Virus record (IMG/VR): IMGVR_UViG_3300008108_000016
Coordinates: 32,001 to 96,000 of that record
Source: a virus
DNA: 64,000 nt
Strand: one strand, 5' to 3'
Under the pieces are notes generated by a model, which was not told where the DNA came from, searched no databases, and saw only the letters and a list, made by a program, of their open reading frames with translations. Position 1 is the stretch's first letter; each line of letters begins with the position of its first letter. Shown here in pieces: positions 51,007 to 61,600 of the stretch. Made by a program: the position numbers and the translations under genes.

Positions 51007-52664
51007 CATTCTTTTCTTAATTCTTTTGCATAGTGGTCAAATCTCTCGTGATCAACTGGAGTTAATAATAATAAACCACCCCTTAATTGATTTTTCTTTG
51101 TTAATTGGTAATGATGACTCATCCAAGTGTTTTCAAAAGGATAAGTCCACTTTGTATCCAAAAACATTTTTTTATTACCTTCCTGACTTATAATATGAGT
51201 CCAATTACAATAGTATATTTCACCATCAACATATGGTAATCCTTTATGTGACATTATATTATTAAACTTAGTTTTTGGCGCATTTGGGTCTAATCCATTG
51301 ATTGGTAAATTTGGTTTTTCTGGAAAATACTCATTTCTTTTTTCTTGTGGAAGATTATACCACGGCCAACAAGTTCCGTTGTCACCGTAAAATTCAGTGT
51401 AATTTATTTTTAGAAATTCAAAATTTTCTTTATTCATTATTTCAGTACACTTGTTAAATAAATTTGGTGTGTATCTATTGAATCCATTTCTACAAGTCTC
51501 ATCTGGTTTATTTTGGAAAAACATATCGTCCTCTGACCACCACATATATTGTAAATCTGTATTAGCAAAATGTTCTGCAACAAACTGTCTTCCACCACAA
51601 ATACCCAAATTATTTTTCTTTATATGTAGAAAATTATACTCATCACATAGTTCTCTATACCTTGGTGTTGTTGAAAGGTCGGTTGAGTTATCAAGTAAAA
51701 ATTTTTTTGTTTTATGAATAAAGTTTGGATCATAATCCAACATTGATTTTATTAAAGTTTCAAATTGTTTTGGTGAATTAAATGTAATTACATATAAACC
51801 AACATCTCCATTATAATTTGTAACAACTTTTTTTCCTTCATTTTTTAATACAACCTTATTATTTTTCACATCCTCAAAAAATTTATATACAAGTCCATTG
51901 GATTCTATTTGACAATAATCAATTAATTTTGGGTATTGATATAGTAAGATTGTAAATAGACTTTCTTCTGTCCCCATAAATCCTCGTTTAAGTGTATCAA
52001 TTAATAACCCATAATACAATGTATTCATTTGTGATATAGTATCTTTGTTACCACCAAAGAATCCTCCACGAGCAACAACATTGGGTATAGAATTTGTCAG
52101 CTGTTTCATTTCATTATAATCAAATCCGTGAATTTCTAACTCGGCGTCATATGGAAAACTAACAAACAAAAACTTATCTGTTATAATGTTGATTTTTTCT
52201 AAAACATTATCGTGAGTGAAATATCCCGAATGAACCGTGTTTGTTAAACCAGCATCAATCCAGTATAATTTTTCTGAATTAAACTTATCTAAAATTTTGG
52301 CATCGTTAAGTAAAAACATTTTAGACATAACAAGGGGGTTATACATTTCTAACCTTGATTGTGTGGAATCTTTTAACCAACCAACTTGATTATACCATTT
52401 TGGGTTGTTCCTGATATTTTGAATTAAATCAAAGTATTCATTGGTTTTAAACCAACTTAAATCTCTTAAAATAAATTGAGTATTACTTTCGTCTCTCACA
52501 CTAAAAACGAATTCTTTTAATTCCGAATCCCCAAATATTATCATCTTGGAGTCCATCTTTAATAACTCCGAAAATTTATCAAGGTAGTGAGTATAAGATC
52601 TTGACCAACCATCATTGAGTTCTCCTCTACCAATATCCCATAAACCAGTTACTAATGTTATCAT
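51003..52664 (-). CDS. Two-domain glycosyltransferase (HtrL/YibB-like N-terminus and GT-A-like C-terminus)
   Basis: ITLVTGLWDIGR, YWIDAG, GGFFGG, GTEES; second domain LYVITFN..LLDNS..NLGICGGRQ..WSEDD. Confidence 0.7.
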   Translation of the reverse strand: MITLVTGLWDIGRGELNDGWSRSYTHYLDKFSELLKMDSKMIIFGDSELKEFVFSVRDESNTQFILRDLSWFKTNEYFDLIQNIRNNPKWYNQVGWLKDSTQSRLEMYNPLVMSKMFLLNDAKILDKFNSEKLYWIDAGLTNTVHSGYFTHDNVLEKINIITDKFLFVSFPYDAELEIHGFDYNEMKQLTNSIPNVVARGGFFGGNKDTISQMNTLYYGLLIDTLKRGFMGTEESLFTILLYQYPKLIDYCQIESNGLVYKFFEDVKNNKVVLKNEGKKVVTNYNGDVGLYVITFNSPKQFETLIKSMLDYDPNFIHKTKKFLLDNSTDLSTTPRYRELCDEYNFLHIKKNNLGICGGRQFVAEHFANTDLQYMWWSEDDMFFQNKPDETCRNGFNRYTPNLFNKCTEIMNKENFEFLKINYTEFYGDNGTCWPWYNLPQEKRNEYFPEKPNLPINGLDPNAPKTKFNNIMSHKGLPYVDGEIYYCNWTHIISQEGNKKMFLDTKWTYPFENTWMSHHYQLTKKNQLRGGLLLLTPVDHERFDHYAKELRKEC

Positions 52665-53254
52665 TGTTCTTTAATTTTACATACCCATACAACTAAACGA
52701 AATTCATCCTCCATATATGGTTTAAGGTTATAAGTTAAACAACTTTCATTAATATCGGAATCTTGTATTTCTAACCAATTCCATATTTTATCTTTTATAT
52801 TTTTATTAAAGTAATCTTCATTTGGTGCATAATCGTGAGCCATAATAATATCACCAATTTTTAGAAATTGTGATAATAATCTAAATTCGTTTTTTTTACT
52901 ACCACCATCACAAAGAACTAAAGTACGTCCTTCAGATTGTATAAAATCTTTTATCTCGTCAGGATAATCCAAGTCAGAATATGGATAATTAAAAATATTT
53001 TTTGTTATTATTTCTATATTTTTATTTTTTAACTTTAGATTTTTCTGTTCGTTAAGATCATAAGTTCTAATAACATTAGATTCTAAATTATTATTGTCTA
53101 ATATATTTCTTAACATTAATGTTAGTCCTCCATCCGCAGTACCAATTTCTAATATTCTATTTGGTTTATAATTTTTAATTAACTCATTAAAAACATTATC
53201 AACATTTGGGTGTTGACTAATAATTAAATTTTCATATATAAAATGTCCATTCAT
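52661..53254 (-). CDS. Class I SAM-dependent methyltransferase (CmcI / sugar O-methyltransferase-like)
   Basis: ILEIGTADGG, VLCDGG, IMAHD. Confidence 0.75.
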   Translation of the reverse strand: MNGHFIYENLIISQHPNVDNVFNELIKNYKPNRILEIGTADGGLTLMLRNILDNNNLESNVIRTYDLNEQKNLKLKNKNIEIITKNIFNYPYSDLDYPDEIKDFIQSEGRTLVLCDGGSKKNEFRLLSQFLKIGDIIMAHDYAPNEDYFNKNIKDKIWNWLEIQDSDINESCLTYNLKPYMEDEFRLVVWVCKIKEQ

Positions 53255-53257
53255 ATT

Positions 53258-54505
53258 TTATAAATTTCCCGTTAATCTTTCACACCATCCTTTTGATAAG
53301 CTGTGAGGCCAAACAACCCAATATTTTGGTTTTTCGGTTGTATTAAATTCTCTCCATATTTTACAATATTTATCAGGATCGTTCATCATTCTGTTTATTT
53401 CATTAATGTCGGCATCTTGTCTATGTAGTGTCTCATCTTTTTCATTGTGAAACGCAACAACCCAAAAGTCATAATCCGTTTCTTTAACATAGTCATAAGA
53501 TATATCAATACAATGTTTAAACACTTGTGTAAAACTATTTAACCACTCTTCTTCATCATTAAAGTCATATGGATTTGGTGGATAATTCTTATCTAATGTA
53601 TATTTCTGAACAGATCTTTTTGAGAACAATATTCCCGCATATTTTTCATAATCTCTAATTGTTCTCTCAGAACCAAAACCGTATTTACCCAAATCACCCT
53701 CATATGATTCTCCATCAATACCTAATATTTGTCTATTTTTTCTATGACAAGATTCATTCTTCTTATACCATTCCTTATCATCATCCCATTGTTTGGTTCT
53801 ACCTTTTCTTGTGTATTCGTGCCAAATAACAACTTTATGAGGGTGGAATAAATCATATCCGTGTGTATATGCTCTCACGGCAATTGATATCTCTTCCCCG
53901 TGAAAGTAATATTCAGGGTCGTGTTGAACTTCCTTTGAAAATTCTCCCAAAGTGAAAGCAAAATGTGCGGAATAGAATCTTGTGGGAATTGGTTCTTTTA
54001 GATCTTTCCAATTAGGAATGACTTCAGGTAGAAAAAACACAACACCTTCAGGTGTGAATCTATCAAAAACCATTCGCCAAGGTTCGGTAACTCTCCCTTG
54101 TGGGTCATTTTCAGGGTCAAATGATGAAACATAACCAGTCAATAAAGGTTTCTTATATCCTTTCTTTTGTAATTGTTTAATCATTTTGATTAATGTATCA
54201 TCCCAATCTTGTTCAAATCTCATATGGGAATCTAACTGAAGTGTATATTTTTCACCTTTGTATAATTGTTGTACTTGGTTTCTTGCCCAACAAACTCCTG
54301 TTGATTCTTGGTATGGTATATTTAAAATACGAAATCTCTTATCATTTTCATATTCAGATAAATTATCAAATCCATCTTCAGGGTGAAATTGACGACAAAT
54401 ACCAAATACTAAATTTTCAGGTTTTTTTGCTTTATCAATACAATCTTTAATTGTTGGGATAAGTTGGGGATCCCTATAGGATGCAATTTGAATAAAAATT
54501 TTCAT
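53258..54505 (-). CDS. GT60-like polypeptide GlcNAc-transferase
   Basis: IFIQIASYRDP, GVCWAR, LQLDSHMRF, YFHGEEI..RAYTHGYD, GFGSERT. Confidence 0.8.
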   Translation of the reverse strand: MKIFIQIASYRDPQLIPTIKDCIDKAKKPENLVFGICRQFHPEDGFDNLSEYENDKRFRILNIPYQESTGVCWARNQVQQLYKGEKYTLQLDSHMRFEQDWDDTLIKMIKQLQKKGYKKPLLTGYVSSFDPENDPQGRVTEPWRMVFDRFTPEGVVFFLPEVIPNWKDLKEPIPTRFYSAHFAFTLGEFSKEVQHDPEYYFHGEEISIAVRAYTHGYDLFHPHKVVIWHEYTRKGRTKQWDDDKEWYKKNESCHRKNRQILGIDGESYEGDLGKYGFGSERTIRDYEKYAGILFSKRSVQKYTLDKNYPPNPYDFNDEEEWLNSFTQVFKHCIDISYDYVKETDYDFWVVAFHNEKDETLHRQDADINEINRMMNDPDKYCKIWREFNTTEKPKYWVVWPHSLSKGWCERLTGNL

Positions 54506-54565
54506 TTTTTATTAAAAAAATAAATAAATGAGAATAAAAATAAATAATGTAATGTAATTATTCCC

Positions 54566-55591
54566 TTAATAATCACTTTCCAAGGAAAATCTTGATAAGT
54601 CCCACGCAACCGCACCAGCCGTAGCGTTGTTAGTTGCCCAACATACTCTTCCTAATGGTGTTGTGGTTGAGGGTAAGTTAGTGGATAATGTACCCGATGT
54701 TTGAGCTGTGGTTGATAAATTTGTTATTCTGTAGGTTATTACAGAATCGTTAGGTTTTGCAAATAAAACTATTTCATATAATGAAGTAGTATCTACTGGG
54801 TAACTACCTCCTAAAGGTATAACAGTTGGTGGTGTGCCTGTAATATTATGAACTAAGTTCCAGTTACCCGTACTTGCATTTATTGCCATGCCTATTTTAC
54901 CTGGTGTTGTGGATGTTGTCGGATCAATATTAGTTGGCGCCGCAGTGGCGTTATCGGTCAAACCAATAAACATTCTCATACCTGTTTGAGTTGTTGTTAA
55001 ACCAAATCTACCCACAATAAAGAAACCACCTAATCCCGCGGCGTTACCCCTCCAGCATTCTAATGATGCAATACGAGTTGATGCTAATGAACCGGCACCT
55101 GCTGCTGATGTATTTGTAATTCTTCTTGTTTGACTTTTTAAGTTAGTTGTGGTTATGTTTGGATTTGATATAGTACCAACACTAGTTACTGTACATCCTA
55201 TAGTACCAACTGTTGTACCACCACCAGGTCCTATTACCGATATTTGGTTAAACATCATATTTGGTTGGAACGGTGTATCAACCCCACTTGGCCCAATCCA
55301 TTTTGGCATCTGTCTTCCCGCAATATCTTTTGAATATAATAGTAGGTTACCCGCAGTTGGAGCTGATGGGTCAGCTGTTGATACTAATTGTAAATTACCT
55401 AATAATATCTCAACGTTGGACGCACCACTAAATGTTCCTCCGTTATTGAACTGAACCTCGTTTGTAGTACCTCCTGGTGATCCAGCACTTATTCCGGTTA
55501 AATTAGAACCATTACCAAATAATGTTCCACCACTTATGGTTGTTCCTGTAATTCCTCCTTCCGATAATATTTCGTCTGTTATAAATGTCAT
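54566..55591 (-). CDS. Gly/Thr-rich fibre or receptor-binding-like virion protein
   Basis: Shares ISGGTL(F/Y)G(N/D)GSNLTGI with the large fibre; PGG...VQFNNGGTFSG motif; beta-rich C-terminus. Confidence 0.6.
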   Translation of the reverse strand: MTFITDEILSEGGITGTTISGGTLFGNGSNLTGISAGSPGGTTNEVQFNNGGTFSGASNVEILLGNLQLVSTADPSAPTAGNLLLYSKDIAGRQMPKWIGPSGVDTPFQPNMMFNQISVIGPGGGTTVGTIGCTVTSVGTISNPNITTTNLKSQTRRITNTSAAGAGSLASTRIASLECWRGNAAGLGGFFIVGRFGLTTTQTGMRMFIGLTDNATAAPTNIDPTTSTTPGKIGMAINASTGNWNLVHNITGTPPTVIPLGGSYPVDTTSLYEIVLFAKPNDSVITYRITNLSTTAQTSGTLSTNLPSTTTPLGRVCWATNNATAGAVAWDLSRFSLESDY

Positions 55592-55603
55592 ATTTTTTTT
55601 ACA

Positions 55604-58600
55604 TTAAGATTCTCCCGTTGCAATTGTTTGCCAATCAACATTTCCTGTCAATGCGGCATTAGCATTAGTGTTTATTATAAAACCTGTAGTTGTTTTTGAT
55701 TCATAAGTAAATACTCTATTGTCCGAACCCGTAATCCCAATAGTGTAATTTGTGGTCGGGTAAGTATTTGTAAAGGTTACTGTATATTTTCTTGGTGTTC
55801 CTATAAAACTTGCGGCAGTAACAGTTCCTGATTTTATATTTAATCCTATGGTTGCCGTTAAATTTGATTGACCTTGATTTCTACTAATTGTTAATGTGTT
55901 GGCGGAATATGTTACTCCGGTAACAAAGGTATCCGCCGAAACAAATCCTGTTACATTAAACGTTCCTCCCGTATTATTTGTAAATGTTGCGGTTCCGTTT
56001 GAATATGTTCCACCTGTAACTCTTATATCAGTTGGTAAATTTTGGTAAGTTGTTGCCGATAATACAGACGAGCTTATCGTACCTGTTGATGTTAGTCCTG
56101 TCACAGTATTAAATAAAACATTGAAAGTCCCACCTGTGTTATTTGTAAATGTAAATGTATTATTAGAATAAGTGGATCCTGTTACAAATACATCAGTTCC
56201 TGATGTTCCTCCTGTTGTGAAACCTGTAACAGTAAATGTACCTCCAGTGTTGTTTGTAAAAGTTGCGATTCCACTTGAATATGTTCCTCCTGTTACAAAA
56301 ACATCAATTGGTAAATTCTGATATGTGGTTGCTGATACTGTGTTTGCAGTTAATCCATTTGTAAACACTGTTGGCCCTGTAACCGTACCTCCCGTAAATG
56401 TTGATCCTCCTGACGATGGTTGCCATGAAGCATTGCCATTAGCATCTGATGTTAAAACATAACCATTAGTTCCTCCTGATGTCATTTGGAAGTTTGTTGT
56501 TATCGTTTTACCTGAAATGTTTACTTGATTTCCTGCCGCAAATATTAAATTACTTCTGTTTGAGTTATTTGTGCCATTACCAACAATGAACGCACCTTGA
56601 GTGGTATCTCCTGTTGTATTCCACAAACCTTGAGCGTGTTGATAATCACCTGATGTAACAGTTCCAATCCCCTCAGAATGTGAATAATCACCAAAAGCAT
56701 TTGTGGATATACCTTCAGAATGAGAACCATTACCCCAAGAAATAGTTTCCTTACCTTCAGCATGTGACCATAAACCAATTGATCTTGTATCATTTCCTTC
56801 GGAGTGAGACCACAAACCATGTGTAATACCGCTTAATCCTTCTGAATGAGAAAAATGCCCTGTATTTATATCAGATTTAAAAGGTGTTCTTACATTTGGA
56901 AATGATAAAATAACAGTACTATTAAAACTAGTATCCATTAATTGTAAATCAGTCTCAGAACCATTAAATGTAACACCACTTACTTCATAATACCCATATA
57001 TACTATTGCTAATATAGTCATCTAATACAACATAGTTACCAAAATAACTTGTAATATCACCAATGGACGGATCAAACTGAGTGAATCCAGATAAAAATTT
57101 AACTAAGTACCCAAAAGCTCCTGATATCGTTGAGTCACCTTCCGAATGTGAATTTTTACCCGCGGAAATAGTTTCTGATCCCTCTGAATGAGACCAATTA
57201 CCTCTTGAAATTGTTTCTGATCCCTCTGAATGAGACCAATCACCAATTGAAATTGTTTGCTGACCTTCAGAGTGAGAATAAATACCACTTGAAATTGTTT
57301 GATTTCCTTCTGAATGAGACCAACCACCACTTGAATTTGTTTGTTTCCCTTCAGAGTGAGAATAAATACCACTTGAAGTTGTTTGCTGACCTTCAGAGTG
57401 AGAATAATTACCTGTTGAGGTTGTTTGGTAACCTTCAGAATGGGAGGATCTTCCAGATGATATCGTTGATTCACCCTCAGCATGAGAATAGTTACCTGAT
57501 GATAATGTTGCAATACCTTCAGAGTGTGACCCATATCCTGATGATGTTGTACCGTTACCTTCAGCGTGAGAATAGTTACCTGATGATGTGGTAGCCCCTC
57601 CTTCGGCATGAGAATAGCTACCTGACGAAGTAGTATAGTCCCCTTGCGCAAAACTATAATTTGTTGTTGCCGAAACGGCATTACCAAAAGCAAAAGATGT
57701 TATTCCTGACACGTAAGATGTTGGAGATTGTATTGAATCGTGAATTGTTATTGGTGAACAACCATATACGTTTGTAACATATAAATCTGTGATGCAATTA
57801 CCCGAACCCCCACTAAATGGTTCTGTTAGTCCTGTAACACTAAATGTTCCACCAGTATTATTGGTAAATGTTGCTGATCCTGACGAATATGTTCCTCCCG
57901 TTACAAAAACATCAACAGGTAGGTTTTGATAGGTTGTTGCTGAAATTGTTGTTGCGGATAACCCATTTGTAAATATTGTTGACCCTGTAACAGTACCTCC
58001 CGTAAACGAAGATTGTAACCCCCAATAAGAGTTTCCTAATGAATCTGAAGTTAAAACATAACCATTTGTTGCTCCAGATGTCATTTGGAAATTGGTTGTT
58101 TTTGTTTTTCCGTTAACCTCTAATCTTACTGAAGGTGTTGATGTGTTTATACCCACGTTACCCACGGCAGTAATTATCATCTTTTCACTAAATGATGATC
58201 CTGTTAATGTAAAAAATTGTAAATCTCCCGACTCTTGGGAAATAGTGTTGTTCGTATTACCAACTTTAATTGCAGCCCTTGCAATATATGTGGATCCATT
58301 ATTTGCAACAGCAAAAACTAAACCGTTTTGATTTACAGGGTCAAAAATGTATCTTTGATTAGTTGCTCCGACTGATTCCACCCCAAATGTTGCTCTTGGA
58401 GATATATTTGATCCCCCGAGAGAAGTTCTATATTGAGGATCCGTTACAGTTGTACCCCCAAGATTCACTAAACGACCACCTAAAACAGTATTACCCGTTA
58501 CGGTTAAATCACCATTATCTGTAAGACCTGTCACAGTATTAAATAATACATTGAAAGTCCCACCTGTGTTATTTGTAAATGTAAATGTATTATTAGAATA

Positions 58601-61600
58601 AGTGGATCCTGTTACAAATACATCTGTGTTGCCTGCAGAAAAACCTGTGATATTATATGATCCACCAGAAACGGTACTCAAAGATAATGTCCCACCTGAA
58701 TATGTTCCACCTGTAAATGAATTCAAAAATCTATTATCATTATCACTTACAACTGTTGTACTTGAACTTGATGTTTTTACTTTACCAAACGTGGTTGTTG
58801 ATGCGGTTGAAATCCAATCGTTTAATGTACCACTTACATCCGCATAAGGTATTGCATTTGCGGATGGTGTTGTAGAACCAACAGGATCTAAACCACCAAA
58901 TTGATGTCTTGTTGCGTGAGATTGTATTGTTACACCATTTATCGTTCCAGCACTTACAATATTATTAGTACCCATATCAAGGTTTCCGCTCATCGCACGA
59001 GCACCACTAACCAAAAGATATTGTGTATGATCGTCAGCCGTTAAACCAAGCAAGTTTCCATGAACCGAAGATGCGTTCACCCCACCCGCTCTAAATGCGA
59101 TTGTGGGTCTTATATCCTCAATTTGAGTAATACCACTTGTACCTTCTTGAACATATATGTTTGCAATTTGAACAACACCATCTGTAAAATATGTTGGTGG
59201 TGTTGGTAAAAGAGCGTTCTCCGTTTGTACTAATGTTGAGTATTCATTTTGACCTAACACCAAAAAGTAATTCTCGTAGGATCCTTCACCTACAGTGTAT
59301 AATGTGTGTTTTGTAAAATAACCTGTAGTTAACCCTGTTAAAGTACCATTAAAATCATATTGGGTATTGTTAACTAATGTTGTTGCGGTGGTAACCCAAG
59401 TTGATCCTGTTCCATTTCTATAATATTGTGTAAATGTTAATCCAGTACCACCTGTCGGTAAAAATTCATTTGACGAAAAATGATAATCACCTTGAGTTAC
59501 ATCTAATGTAAATGGTGTTGTTCCTTCTGTTACTATTGATCCATTTGCAAAAATTGGCCCTAACGCTTCTGTGAATAATGAATCAAAACGATTTGATGTG
59601 TGTTCCGCATTTAAAGGGGACAAATCAATGAACTCAACCCCTGTTGAATTTGTTACAACTCTACCCAATAATATATTATAAGACGTAATTGGTTTTGTTC
59701 CTGAACTTACAAGATTAGTATTTTCGTTAATATAAATGTAATTATCGGTATTTGCCGATAATGTGATTAAATTATTTACCCAATCTATTCTTCTAACGAT
59801 TCCACTATTATCGGATTTTTCTAAATAACCAAACCCACTATCAGCTTGAACTGTAAAACCACTTATAACACTTATGGAACCACCACTTAACAACCCCATA
59901 GTTGATCCTTCAAATATAAGAGTGGTAAAATCGGTATGTGAACCATCGGTAAATGTAACAGATGCTTTTCTTGTTATACCAAATTCACCATCCTCAATAT
60001 CCAAAAATGCCCAATATACATCATCAGAAACTGTAAATACTTTTTCGTGGTTTGAACTACCACCAAATGTACCAAACGTACCAATTCTTTCAACATATAA
60101 ATCCCATTCACCACTAACAAAACTTGCATTATCAACATCAAATCTAATAGGAAGACCAACATTTGGATTTCTAATCCCATAGGTAAATCCATCAACTGTA
60201 ATTGTACTACAATACAATCCAGCCCCATCTTGAACGTAATATGCGGTACTGCCTGATACTCCATTACTTTGATTATCACCAACAAAGATACTTAATGTTG
60301 CCCCACTACCTGTGGCATAATTACAATATGTGATATTACCACCAGTTGGGAAGTTAAAGTAGTTTTCCATATTTGCCAACGCCAAGTACCCATTGTTACC
60401 AATTACTTTGGTTCCATATGTGTATTCTCCGTTGTAATCTATATATTCACCATAAAATTTAGTATCCTGAGTATCAGACTCTATCCAAATATTAGTATCA
60501 CAATCATACATTGATATTTTATGTGCTTGGGCAAAATCACCAACATCGTAACAATAAATTCCAGCATAACCTGATGGTGCTCCACTTAAACTTAAAAATG
60601 ATATTTCATTATTAATACCAATTTTTATAATGTGCTGAGTGTTTGTATTCGGTAAAATTTGAGTTGTTTGAATGTTACTACCAACAATACTTACATATGG
60701 TGTTTGTGTTAAATCAATTTCATTTTCATAAAATTCTCCGGGATCAACTGAAATTACATATCTATTATTAATAGAAGTATTACCTGAACTAATTAAATAG
60801 TCAACCGCAGATTTAATTGACGAAAAGTCCCCACCTTTTTTTGCTACGGTTATTTCTTTCGGGTCTTGGTTTACCTCATAAAGTGGCGCATTTTGATTTA
60901 TAATTGTTTTTAAAAAGTTGTCAGTTCCTTGAACTTTTCCCGTTGCTCCTGAATGTGCAATATTTACATCTATTGTGTTGTTCTCAAAATTAAGAGCAAT
61001 CGCATCAATACTAGGAGCGGATCCAATTTGGGGTGCGTCAATACCTATTGCCCATCTTTGGAAGTTGACTGCGGTTAATCTTAAAAATCCTCCGTTTTCT
61101 ACGTAGAATCCTGTTCCCGCAGCAGCACCTGCCGCCTTTGTTAAAAGACATCCATTAACAATGAAACCACAACTTGGTGCGTCGGCTTTAGCAAAAACCA
61201 ATCCAGATGTTGTAACAATACCACCATTTGTGGATGTTACGTTTCTTAATTGCATTCTACCAATACCACTTCCACTATTTGTTGAGTAAAAACCTATTGT
61301 GAACGGATACCCACCATACTTAACATTTGAACATTGCATAATGATGTTAGCACCACCATAAGCAACTACTTTAGCGTGTGTGTAATTCGCACCAAACCTT
61401 ACGTTTTCTACGTAAGAAATTGCCGCAGATTGTGGTGTTGTTGAAGATGAATAAACAATTGCAGATACACCCGTTCCCGTACATCCTTGAATTTGAAAGT
61501 CAAATATACCTGATTGATCACTTAAATGTATTAATGTTTGTGATGGATCATTTGCTTGAATTACGGTTGATATTGATGTATCACCTTTAATTGCAGCATA

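Noticed and set aside
56630-57700. 42-nt repeats as a CRISPR array
   Set aside because: They are in-frame coding repeats with synonymous variation and no unique spacers.
56097-58624. Diversity-generating retroelement TR/VR pair
   Set aside because: Only one mismatch, both copies are coding, and there is no reverse transcriptase in the window.
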